Shown here: one piece after another, positions 31,417-41,005 of the stretch
How the letters are laid out: every line of letters begins with the position of its first letter
Position numbering within the stretch: position 1 is the stretch's first letter
Source of the DNA: Vulcanimicrobiota bacterium
GTDB lineage: Bacteria > Vulcanimicrobiota > Vulcanimicrobiia > Vulcanimicrobiales > Vulcanimicrobiaceae
Assembly (NCBI GenBank): GCA_963795855.1
Contig: CAWCIZ010000003.1
Span: 704,001 to 768,000, forward strand
Direction: 5' to 3'
DNA: 64,000 bases
Made by a program: the position numbers and the translations under genes
The notes under the pieces: model-generated
Seen by the model: only the letters and a program-made list of their open reading frames with translations
Told to the model about the DNA's origin: nothing
Database searches by the model: none

Positions 31417-32721
31417 ATGGACGAACAGGCGATGCGCCGGTGCATCGAACGCAAGCGCGACGGCGCCGAACTCTCGGCGCAAGAATGGGATGCCGTCATC
31501 GACGCGTTCATGAACGGCGAGGTCGATGAAGCGCAAATGGCCGCGCTTTGCATGGCTTGCCTGTGGCGCGGCATGTCGTTCGACGAGGCGTACGCGCTGA
31601 CGCGCGCGATGGTCGCAAGCGGGGAAACGATAGCGTTCGACGCTGCCGCCGGCATCGTCGTCGACAAGCACAGCAGCGGAGGGGTCAGCGACATCGTGTC
31701 GCTGGTTGCGGTCCCGTTAGCGGCTGCGGCAGGCGCCCGAGTCGCCAAACTTTCGGGGCGCGCGCTCGGACACACGGGCGGCACCATCGACAAACTCGAA
31801 ACCATTCCGGGGTTCAACGTTTCACTTCCCGTGCACGCGTTCGTCGAGCAGGTGCGGCGCATCGGCTGCGCGATCGCCGCGCAGACGCACGCGCTCGTTC
31901 CGGCTGACAAACGCATCTATCATCTGCGCGATCACACCGGCACGGTTCCGTCGATGGGGCTCATCGCGCCGTCGATCGTGTCGAAAAAGATTGCGGGCGG
32001 CGCGCACGCCTTCGTCTTCGACGTGAAAACCGGCCCCGGCGCAATGATGCGCGAGCGTCAGCAGGCACGCGAACTGGCCGACTGGCTCGTCGAGATCTCC
32101 GCGCGTTTCGGCCGTCGCGCGACAGCGTTCGTGACCGACATGAGCCAGCCGCTCGGACATTCGATCGGTACGGGCATCGAAGTGATCGAAGCGCGCGAGT
32201 TCTTGCGCGGCGGTGCGGATGCGCGAGTGCAGGAGTTGGTCTTCACCATCGCCGGAACGCTCGTCGCGGAATACGGAGAAGGCGATCCGCACGCGCTCGT
32301 TCGCGATGCGCTGCAGAGCGGGCGCGCGTACGAGAAATTCCGCGAAATGATTGCCGCTCAAGGCGGCGACGTCGCGGCTTTCGAAGCGATGGGACTGGGC
32401 GAGGCGCTCGAGATTCGCGCCGCGCAGGACGGCTACATCGCCGCGGTCGACGTCGTCGCGCTCGGCAATGCGGGCCGCGCGCTTTCGGAAAACGATCCGT
32501 TCGGCGGCGTACAAGTGGCCGCGCGCATAGGCGACTACGTCGAACGTGGAGCGGTGCTGCTTCGCGCGTACGGACGAAGCGCTGCGCGCGCCGAGGCGCT
32601 CGACGATGCGTTTAGCCTTTCCGCGGACGCGACGCAGCCGCCGCCTCTCATTTATGACACGGTGCGCAACGCGGTTACGAGCGCTCGATATCCGCTATCA
32701 GGTACAGTGGGCGCGCTTTGA
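31417..32721 (+). CDS. pdp: Pyrimidine-nucleoside (thymidine) phosphorylase
   Basis: IERKRDG, VDKHSSGGV, KLSGRALGHTGGTIDKLETIPGF, VPADKRIY.LRD, SKKIAGG, DVKTG. Confidence 0.9.
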   Translation: MDEQAMRRCIERKRDGAELSAQEWDAVIDAFMNGEVDEAQMAALCMACLWRGMSFDEAYALTRAMVASGETIAFDAAAGIVVDKHSSGGVSDIVSLVAVPLAAAAGARVAKLSGRALGHTGGTIDKLETIPGFNVSLPVHAFVEQVRRIGCAIAAQTHALVPADKRIYHLRDHTGTVPSMGLIAPSIVSKKIAGGAHAFVFDVKTGPGAMMRERQQARELADWLVEISARFGRRATAFVTDMSQPLGHSIGTGIEVIEAREFLRGGADARVQELVFTIAGTLVAEYGEGDPHALVRDALQSGRAYEKFREMIAAQGGDVAAFEAMGLGEALEIRAAQDGYIAAVDVVALGNAGRALSENDPFGGVQVAARIGDYVERGAVLLRAYGRSAARAEALDDAFSLSADATQPPPLIYDTVRNAVTSARYPLSGTVGAL

Positions 32722-33637
32722 CTTCGTCGTAAATGCGTCCGATGTATTCGCCTAAAATGCCGATGCCGATCAGTTGCACGCCGCCCAGGAACAAGATCAC
32801 GACCATGGTCGATGCCCAGCCGCGCGCGTATTCGGGCGTGCCGAGACGGAACAGCCGCGCGATGATGATTACGACCGCATAGATGAACGCGGCGGTGCTC
32901 GCCGTGAAACCGAGATACGATGCAAAACGAAGCGGCACGTCGGAGAACGACGTTATGCCGTCGATCGCGAATTTGAGCATTTTCGAGACGGGATATTTGG
33001 TCGTGCCGGAGAGGCGTTCTTCGCGGTCGTACTCGACGCCGATCTGGTTGTAGCCCACCCAACTGACCATGCCGCGCAAAAAGCGGTGGCGTTCGCGCGA
33101 TCGCTTGAGCGACTCGACGACGCGCCGGCTCATCAACCGGAAATCACCGGTATCCAGTGGAATGGAGACGTTCGTCAGCCGCTTGATGATGCGGTAGAAC
33201 AGACCGGCAGTGAAAAGTTTGAAGGCGCTCTCGCCTTTGCGCGTGCGCCGCACGGCGTATACGACGTCGTAGCCGGCGCGAAAGCGATCGATGAAGTGTT
33301 CGATGAGTTCGGGCGGATCTTGCAAGTCGCCGTCCATCAGCACGACCGCGCGCCCTTGCGCAATATCGAGGCCGGCGGTCGCCGCGATTTGGTGCCCGAA
33401 ATTACGTGAGAGGTTCACGAGCACGATGTTGCGCCGGCGCTGCATCTCTTGACGAACGGTCGCGAGCGTGCGGTCGCGGCTTCCGTCGTTCACGATAACG
33501 ATTTCGTAAGCGCCGATACCGGGCAGCCGTTCGACGATGCCGCCGATGCGCTCGAGCAACGCCGCGACGTTGCCCTCCTCATTATACAAAGGGACGACGA
33601 TGCTCAAGTCGATCGCACGCTCGGCGGTGGCGGCCAT
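32675..33637 (-). CDS. GT2 polyprenol-phosphate glycosyltransferase (GtrB/YkoT/ArnC-like)
   Basis: VVPLYNEEGN, NDGSRD, LSRNFGHQIA, MDGDLQDPPE, DTGDFRLMSR; two C-terminal TM helices. Confidence 0.9.
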   Translation of the reverse strand: MAATAERAIDLSIVVPLYNEEGNVAALLERIGGIVERLPGIGAYEIVIVNDGSRDRTLATVRQEMQRRRNIVLVNLSRNFGHQIAATAGLDIAQGRAVVLMDGDLQDPPELIEHFIDRFRAGYDVVYAVRRTRKGESAFKLFTAGLFYRIIKRLTNVSIPLDTGDFRLMSRRVVESLKRSRERHRFLRGMVSWVGYNQIGVEYDREERLSGTTKYPVSKMLKFAIDGITSFSDVPLRFASYLGFTASTAAFIYAVVIIIARLFRLGTPEYARGWASTMVVILFLGGVQLIGIGILGEYIGRIYDEVKARPLYLIADIERS

Positions 33638-33726
33638 GCGGCGGCACGTTCAATTGCGTAAAGAGTCTTGCCTTCGCGCAGGAAGGGAACGGCGCGGCGT
33701 GAGAGGAGCGTTCCCTACAAACAGTC

Positions 33727-34386
33727 ATGAAAAAGTCGGGCGGCGTCGCCGCGCTCATCGGCGTCTTGGTCCTCGTGTGCGGCGTGGTCGCATGGGAGTG
33801 GTACGCGCATGTCGGCGAGCGGCGTGCGCCGCAGCCGGTTCGGGAAATCACGGCGGCGACGCCGGTCCCGACGGCAGCACCGAGTGGGTCGCCCGGGCCG
33901 GTCGTCTACGTGCCGCAGACGCAGCCGGCCTCATCAACTGCGCCCTCGGCCGCGCCGGCCAATCAGACGGGGGCGTCCGCCGCACCGCAAAACTCGCCCG
34001 CGCCGTATACGACGGGCAGCGCACAAGTCACTCAGCCCCCGATGGTTGCCGCCACGCTTGCGCCGCATGTGGTCGTCGTCAAGCCGATTTTGGAAGCGCC
34101 GAACGCGCCGCCGCGCATTCTGGCGATGTCGCTCAGCACGCCCGTTGCGCGCAGCGGTCAAGTGGTCTCCGGAACCGTCGAGACGAGTTCGAACGTTGCC
34201 AGCGTGGAGGCGCGTATCGCCGGATACTCCTCGGCAATGCACAAAGTGGGTGTCGGCCGCTTTGCGATGACGTATCGAGTGCCGTACTTGCCGTTCTTTT
34301 TACACCGCACGTATACGATCGAAGTGATCGCGCGAAATACACGCGGCGACGCCGTTCGCAGTGCGGTCCCGATCACGATTAGGTAA
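33727..34386 (+). CDS. Hypothetical membrane-anchored Pro/Thr/Ser/Ala-rich protein with beta-rich C-terminal domain
   Basis: N-terminal TM, low-complexity linker, APPRIL..VSGTVETSSNVASVEAR..VPYLPFFLHRTY. Confidence 0.7.
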   Translation: MKKSGGVAALIGVLVLVCGVVAWEWYAHVGERRAPQPVREITAATPVPTAAPSGSPGPVVYVPQTQPASSTAPSAAPANQTGASAAPQNSPAPYTTGSAQVTQPPMVAATLAPHVVVVKPILEAPNAPPRILAMSLSTPVARSGQVVSGTVETSSNVASVEARIAGYSSAMHKVGVGRFAMTYRVPYLPFFLHRTYTIEVIARNTRGDAVRSAVPITIR

Positions 34387-34388
34387 GG

Positions 34389-34866
34389 ATGCTGAAACCG
34401 TTTTTCGCGAGCGTCGCGCTTGCGGCCGCTGCGCTGCTATTCGCGCCCTCAACCGTCACCGCACAACAGACGCCGCTGCCGTCCGCAACACCCTCAGCAG
34501 CGCCGTCGATTTCGCCGTCGCCGACGCCAACGCCATTACCGAGTGCGACGCCGCTGCCTACTCCGCTCGCGCTTCCACCGGATGCGCCGCCGCAGATTCT
34601 CGCGGTGGAGGTGAGCGATCCCGTTTTTCACAGCGGCGAAACGGTTTCGGGAACCGTGATTACCTCCACGAACGTCGCCGCGGTCGAAGTGCGTTTGGCC
34701 GGACACAGCATCCAGCTCTCACGCACCGATTACGGCGTGTTTCAAATGGAGCTACACCATCCCGCACGTGCCGTTTTTTCTGCGCAGGACCTACACGGCG
34801 CAAGTCGTCGCAAGCACGCCCGGGGGCGTGACCGCCGAGCGCGACCTCACGATCTCATTTCGGTAA
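34389..34866 (+). CDS. Paralogue of the preceding secreted protein (frameshift ~34745)
   Basis: Signal peptide, PSPTPTP linker, APPQIL..VSGTVITSTNVAAVEVR; shifted frame gives IPHVPFFLRRTYTAQVVA...ISFR*. Confidence 0.7.
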
Positions 34867-35659
34867 CGACGTATGTATCGGCCCCGGCGGCGGGGTCGGC
34901 AGATTCGGGAACGGCGCCGGATTGTACGGCGTCGGCATAGTTTGCGGGACGGGCATCGTTCCCGCCGCGGTTTCATCGCCCCAGCGCGAGACCGTGCGCG
35001 TAAACGCCTGCACGTCGGAGTCGCCGATGCAGAGCAAGTAGGGCTGCTGCTCGATGCCGTTCTCGCCGACTTGCACCGATTGCGTCGAGCCGCGATCGAA
35101 GAGCACGTGCATGACCGTACCCGAATTCAGCCGCATGACGGTTCGATAATGCAGCGCGTCGATGCGATCGAGTTTATATGCCTGCGGATTCCACCCGCTT
35201 TGATCGGTCGTCATGTATACGTTGTTCGTGACGCCGGTCGTCGGCGGAACTTGCACGGTAACGGCAACCAGCACGCTCTTGCCCGCAACCGTTCGGGAAC
35301 ACAGCCCGGGATTCGGCTTCGGCGCCAGTTCCGGATTGGGCTGGGCGGGCGAGAGTGCGATTGCGAAGCGATGAACGGAATCCAGATCGCCTTCGGGCGG
35401 CAGCTTCTTGAGCGAAACCTCGATCTTCGTCACCGTTCCGTCGGCCGCGAACGTGACGCGCGCGTAACGCGGCGGCACCGCCGGACCGTTCACGATTACG
35501 ACGTTCGGCGCGACTTTGAACCCGTCGCCCGTCGTGAAGAAGACGTAGCCCTTTTCGTAATCCAAAATCTGCGCCGTCACGACGGGGCCGGTTGCGGCGG
35601 TTGCCGCAATGCACAACACGAGCGTGCCGAGCGCAAACGAAGCGCAGAAACTTTTTCAT
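34855..35659 (-). CDS. Secreted protein with CBM20-like beta-sandwich (probable frameshift in the signal peptide)
   Basis: MKKFLR start at 35659; VTVQVPPTT..NVYMTTDQSGWNPQAYKLDR...FDRGS; Pro-rich tail. Confidence 0.6.
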
Positions 35660-37495
35660 CACTGCAACACCTGGATGACGAACTCGGGACTCCAGCCCCG
35701 GCTGCCGAAATTGAAGTAGTACGCGCGCGAGAAATCGATCGACGTGTGCGGGTTTATCCGCACGCGCAGGTCGGCGGTCACGTCGTACGGCGGCTCGCCC
35801 AGATAGTACTGCCCCCAAATGGGATTGCCGACCACGTCGAGCGGCGGCGGCGAAAAGTAGTTCGGAATCGGCTTCGGAAAGTCGTCGTGCCTGCGCGCGA
35901 GGATCGAGGCTGAGACATTGCCGCCGTTCGTGTACGTGACGTCGAGCGAGAGATCGCGAAACGTCGCCATGCCTTGGAATGCGGCGTAGCCGGGATACGC
36001 AACGCCATTGACGACCGGAACGAAGGGCCGGTACACCAGCGGCTGCAGAGCTGCCGTAGTAGTCGCCGAGATTTTCGACGTCGTAGCCCAAGAATGAGAT
36101 GAAATGCGAGTCGAACATCTTGCTCAGCGAAGCGCGCGTCGTCGTGGTGTCGACGTGATGCGGGCTCGAATACCACTGGCGGTTTTTTTCGAACGATAGG
36201 TTGAGATAGTAGTTCTTCGTTTCGACGTAGCTGTTTCCGAGTTTGAACGAGGGGACGTAGGCGACGAAGTCGAGGTTGTGGTTCCAAATCGTCGTGTACG
36301 GCGCGCCCTGCAAGAACTGAAGCCCCTTGCTGTCGTGCACGTAGCCGATACCGTATTCGAAGTGCTCGTAGACCGGCGTGTGCCCGATGCGGTGGTCGAA
36401 CGTTTGCGCGCTGAGCGTCATCTGGTACGGGTGGTCGATCAGGGAGCCGATGCCGTGGTAAACGCCCGGCGGCAGCAGCGAAAAATTCGTGTCCTGCACG
36501 CCGAGCTGCAGAAACGAGCGCGGCAAAGCTTTCGTCGCTTGCAGAATCGTATACTGGCCGGCCGCATCCGGCTGCGAGAGCCAGTGCTGATTCGTGGCAA
36601 GTTGCGTGAACGTGCGCACCTGGAACGTCGGCGAAGGCTGATCCGACAAAATCAAGTTCCAAAACTTTTGCGGACGCGTCATGGGGTTGACGGAAAAGAC
36701 CGCGTAAGCTTTGCTGCCGCTGACGTGCTGCTCGAACGACAAGTACGTTTTGTTGACGGTGTCGTACCGGAAATGCAGCGCGCTGATTGCGTTCGCGCTG
36801 CCGGCCAGTTCCCATGTTGCATCGTAGTTCGCGCCGGAGAGCGAGTTCTCGCCGAGGTGACGATCCGTCGAGAAGTTGACGTAATACGACGGCGTCGGAA
36901 CGTACGCGCCGAGCCCGTTCGCGATGTCGATTCGGTTTCCGGCGAAGCGCACGAACGAACGCGCGCCGACTGTCGCGCTATCGCCGGTCAAGAAGGGCTT
37001 CGCGTCACCCAAGTCCGGAAAGAAAAACGTATCGCCGGGCATTTCGCGGCCCTTTACAGGGTGCGCGAAATCGCCGTTGAGGAACGTCCAGCGATCAGGC
37101 TCCGTCGTGATCGGCACGAAATAGATGCGGTTGAAATCCAGAAAATCCGCGAGCGCCGCTCCGTCTTGCGATCCCGAGGGATCCTGCACGTGCACGTGTC
37201 CCGCAAGTACGAAGCGATTGAGCTTTAGATCCATCGAAAACGCGTCGCCGTCCATCGTCATGCCGTCGCTGGTCGTGACGCGCACGTTCCCCTCCGCTTC
37301 CAGCAGAAAGCGATCGTAATAAAAGTTCACGTTTTTCGCATTCACGGCGATGATCGTTTGCGCGCGCGCATTGGCACAACACAGGAGCGCTGCGGCGAAA
37401 AGCGCCGCAAGGAACGCAGCGGATTTGGTGAGCAGAAGTCGAGGCCTCCGGATTGCCTGCAGGCGATTCGCGGCGCGTGAGTGCGTGCCTTGCAT
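35659..37495 (-). CDS. LptD-like outer-membrane beta-barrel protein (frameshift ~36045; start uncertain)
   Basis: Signal peptide, OstA-like N-terminus (LEAEGNVRV..GDAFSMDL..FVLAGHV), long aromatic-rich amphipathic beta region ending WSPEFVIQVLQ. Confidence 0.55.
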
Positions 37496-37585
37496 CCTGT
37501 ACGAAACGTAAACAATCCAGCGTTCGTTGGAGACTTTCTGAAGGAAGGCCAGTTCCATGCGGGTTTCGAAAACGCGGGTTCTTAG

Positions 37586-38716
37586 ATGACCCGATTTGTG
37601 ACAATCGTTCTCGATTCGGGGGGTGTGGGCGCGTTACCGGATGCGAACGCCTACGGCGACTCGCCGGGCGCTAACACCCTCGGAAACGTAGCACGCCGCG
37701 TCGGCGGTTTGCATCTTCCCAATTTCGAGCGCCTCGGGCTGGGCCGCTTGACCGATTTGGCCGGCGTTGCTCCGGCGGCCGAACCCGCGGCCCGGGTGGC
37801 GCGTCTGCGGGAACGGAGCAAAGGCAAAGACACGATCACGGGCCATTGGGAGATGGCAGGGATCGTCACGGAAGTCCCCTTCCCTACGTATCCAAACGGC
37901 TTCCCCGCCGAAGTCGTCGACGAGTTCGCGGCGATTACCGGCAAAACGCCGCTGGGCAACAAAACCGCATCCGGCACCGAAATCATCGAGGAGCTCGGGC
38001 CCGAGCACGTCGCGAGCGGGAGGCCGATCCTTTACACGTCGGCGGATTCCGTCTTTCAAGTCGCATGTCACGAAGAGGTCGTTCCGCTCGAGCGCCTGTA
38101 CGACTGGTGCGAACGCGCGCGCGCAATGCTTGTAGGACCGAATGCGGTCAATCGGGTGATCGCCCGCCCGTTCGTGGGGTCGCCGGGCGCTTTCGTTCGT
38201 ACGGCAAACCGTCGCGATTACGCGATCGAGCCCCCGGCCAGCATCCTCGACCAGCTGGCGGGCAAGGGCGTCCCCATTCACGCGGTCGGTAAAATTTGCG
38301 ATATCTATTGTGGTCACGGAATCGCGAGTTCCGTCCGTGTGGCCGACAATCAAGATGCTATGCACAAGGCGTTCGATTTGCTCGAGCGCGTCGAGCAGGG
38401 ATTTATTTTCGTGAATCTCAACGATTTCGACTCGAAATACGGCCACCGGCGCAACGTCCGCGGATACGCCGGCGCGCTCGAAGCGCTCGATGCGCTCCTC
38501 CCGCGGTTGGAGTCGCTGCTGCGCAGCGGCGACGAAGTCGTATTCACCGCGGATCACGGGTGCGACCCGACGGCACCCGGGAGCGATCACACGCGCGAGT
38601 TCGTCCCGTTCGTTCATCTGAGCGGTCGACCGGGCGAGGACCTCGGCGTGATCGAGGGCATGGATTACGTCGGAAAGACCGCCGTCGCGGCATTTGAACG
38701 GGTGTTATGCAAGTAG
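37586..38716 (+). CDS. deoB: Phosphopentomutase
   Basis: IVLDSGGVGALPDA, GKDTITGHWEMAG, YTSADSVFQ, DFDSKYGHRRN, TADHGCDPT, DHTREFVP. Confidence 0.95.
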   Translation: MTRFVTIVLDSGGVGALPDANAYGDSPGANTLGNVARRVGGLHLPNFERLGLGRLTDLAGVAPAAEPAARVARLRERSKGKDTITGHWEMAGIVTEVPFPTYPNGFPAEVVDEFAAITGKTPLGNKTASGTEIIEELGPEHVASGRPILYTSADSVFQVACHEEVVPLERLYDWCERARAMLVGPNAVNRVIARPFVGSPGAFVRTANRRDYAIEPPASILDQLAGKGVPIHAVGKICDIYCGHGIASSVRVADNQDAMHKAFDLLERVEQGFIFVNLNDFDSKYGHRRNVRGYAGALEALDALLPRLESLLRSGDEVVFTADHGCDPTAPGSDHTREFVPFVHLSGRPGEDLGVIEGMDYVGKTAVAAFERVLCK

Positions 38717-39387
38717 TAAACGACGACGTCCGCATTATCGCGCTCGACGAATTCCGCCGGCTCGCCGGCGAGCGTGCCGTGCCGATGTCGTGGATTCTCG
38801 CGAAGCGCGCGTTCGACGTCATTGCCGGTGCGGCACTGACGATAGTTGCGCTGCCGATCATCTTGATCGCATCGCTTGCAATCGTCGTCGTCGATCGCGG
38901 CGCTCCGTTCTACAGTCAAGAACGCATCGGTCTGAACGGCCGCCGGTTCCGCATGTTCAAACTTCGCACGATGGTCGAAGGCGCGCACGACATGCGCAGC
39001 GATCTCCTTCATCTCAACGAGTTGGACGGCCCGGTCTTCAAAATCAAGAATGACCCGCGTCTGCATCCGCTCGGTTCGTTTTTGCGCCGCACGAGCATCG
39101 ACGAGTTGCCGAACCTCTTCAACGTTTTGCGCGGCGACATGTCGCTGGTGGGTCCGCGGCCGCCGCTGCCCAGTGAAGTCGAGCATTACACGCCCTATGC
39201 CTTGCGCCGCCTCACGGTGCTGCCGGGTATCACGTGCCTTTGGCAAATCGGCGGGCGCTGCAGCGTTTCGTTCGACGACTGGATGCGGCTCGACAATGAA
39301 TATATCGACACGTGGTCGCCGCTGGGCGATCTCGCGATTCTCGCAAAGACGATTCCGGCGGTAGTCCGGAAGGACGGCGCGCATTAA
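38707..39387 (+). CDS. Priming polyprenyl-phosphate glycosylphosphotransferase (Bac_transf family)
   Basis: KRAFDV, FKLRTM, DPR..PLGSFLRRTSIDELPNLFNVLRGDMSLVGPRP. Confidence 0.9.
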   Translation: MQVVNDDVRIIALDEFRRLAGERAVPMSWILAKRAFDVIAGAALTIVALPIILIASLAIVVVDRGAPFYSQERIGLNGRRFRMFKLRTMVEGAHDMRSDLLHLNELDGPVFKIKNDPRLHPLGSFLRRTSIDELPNLFNVLRGDMSLVGPRPPLPSEVEHYTPYALRRLTVLPGITCLWQIGGRCSVSFDDWMRLDNEYIDTWSPLGDLAILAKTIPAVVRKDGAH

Positions 39388-39460
39388 AGCAAATCTTCGG
39401 CTCGTCGAGTCGCCGAAACAGACGACTGGCGCTGCACTGGCGGGTTCGGCGCTCTTCGTC

Positions 39461-41005
39461 ATGGCGGCAACGCTCGGCTCGACGGTGCTCGGCTTTGCGC
39501 GCGAGGTCGTGAATGCGCGTTACTACGGTACGCAATGGGAAATGGATGCGTTTCTTGCCGCGGCCGTCATTCCGGTCATCCTCTTCGGGGTTTTCAACGG
39601 AGCGCTGCTGAGCGCCCTCGTTCCGACGTTTTCCATGTACATCGTGCACGGAAGCGACGACGAAGCATGGCGCCTCGCGAACACGATCATCAACGGCCTG
39701 TTCGTCGTGCTGACCGCGTGCGCGCTTCTGGGCTATTTGTTGGCGCCGTACTACGTACCGATGATCGCGCACGGTTTTCCGGCCGCGGAAATGGGCGTCA
39801 CGATCCGAATGACGCGCTGGCTGATGCCGAGCATCGTCGCGGTCAGTTTGTCCGGGGTGCTGAGCGCCATTCTCAACGCGCATCAGCGTTTTCGCACGGC
39901 AGCGCTTACCGGTGTTGCGCTCAACGCGGTCACTATCGGTTGCGTCATTCTGCTGCACCGCGACCTTGGCATTTACGCCGTCGTGCTGGGCACAGCGCTC
40001 GGGTTGTTTGCGCAGATGCTCGTTCAGGTGCCGGCGCTGCTGCTGACCGGACGATACCGCTTTACGCTCGACGTGCGTCATCCGGGTTTGCGGCGCATGT
40101 GGGACTTGCTCGGCCCAATCGTCATCGGCGGCGCCGCCGGACAGATCGCGCTTTTCTTCGATCGTTATTTTGCCTCGACGCTTTCTCCCGGCTACATGGC
40201 GGGAATGAATTACGCGACGAAACTCGTCAACTTCCCGCAGCAGATTTTCGCCGCGGCCATCGCAACCGTCATCTTTCCGCTGCTCGCCTCCCAGTTTGCG
40301 CGTGCAAACCGGAATGCGGTGGGCGAAAGCGTGACGCTGGGATTGCGGCTCGTGAACTGCATCACCATTCCGAGCGTCTGCGCCTTGATCGTGCTGGCAT
40401 ACCCGATGGTGCAGACGCTGTTCGAACGCGGCAACTTTCATACGACGTCGACCGAGCTCTGCGCCGGCTTGCTCCCGTATGCGGCGATCGGTCTGGTCGC
40501 GCTGGCAGCGAACGTCGTGCTCACGCGGTGCGCTTTCGCCTGTAAGGAAGTCAGTTGGACGGTCGGCATCAGCGTATTCACGGTCGTGGTAAACGTCATG
40601 CTCTCGCTGTTGTGGCTGCCGTCGCTCGGCGCGCGCGGTTTGCTCCTGGCGAATTCGGTCAGTCAGTCGATGCAGGCGGTCATGCTGCTCGCGCTCGTCG
40701 GCCGCATCGTGCCGCGGCTGAACTGGCGCGTCCTGGGCATCTCGGCGCTGAAGGTTTGCATCAGTTCCGCCGTCATGGTTGGAGCGCTGCATTGGATCGC
40801 GGCGCTCGGCGTGCATCCCGCGGAATCGTTCGTTTCGCGAGCGTGGTTCTTGTTCGGGCAAATGGCCATCGGCGCGCTGGCCTTTATCGCGGCGGCGCGT
40901 GTGCTCGACGTCGAAGAAGTCACGCTTGTCGCGCAACTGATCGTGCAAAAGTTTGAACGCAACTTGCCCAGCCCGCCCGAGAATCGGGAGGCGCCGATCG
41001 CGTGA
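39461..41005 (+). CDS. murJ: MurJ/MviN lipid II-type flippase (frame is open a little further upstream)
   Basis: STVLGFAREVVNA, DAFLAA, GALLSALVPTF, NYATKLVNFP, LFERGNF. Confidence 0.88.
   Translation: MAATLGSTVLGFAREVVNARYYGTQWEMDAFLAAAVIPVILFGVFNGALLSALVPTFSMYIVHGSDDEAWRLANTIINGLFVVLTACALLGYLLAPYYVPMIAHGFPAAEMGVTIRMTRWLMPSIVAVSLSGVLSAILNAHQRFRTAALTGVALNAVTIGCVILLHRDLGIYAVVLGTALGLFAQMLVQVPALLLTGRYRFTLDVRHPGLRRMWDLLGPIVIGGAAGQIALFFDRYFASTLSPGYMAGMNYATKLVNFPQQIFAAAIATVIFPLLASQFARANRNAVGESVTLGLRLVNCITIPSVCALIVLAYPMVQTLFERGNFHTTSTELCAGLLPYAAIGLVALAANVVLTRCAFACKEVSWTVGISVFTVVVNVMLSLLWLPSLGARGLLLANSVSQSMQAVMLLALVGRIVPRLNWRVLGISALKVCISSAVMVGALHWIAALGVHPAESFVSRAWFLFGQMAIGALAFIAAARVLDVEEVTLVAQLIVQKFERNLPSPPENREAPIA

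Noticed and set aside
28720..31671. Apparent 983-aa fusion of O-antigen ligase and GT-C
   Set aside because: Produced by a frameshift near 30320; the ligase's own C-terminus is in the 30066-30347 frame and the GT-C gene has its own ATG at 30075.
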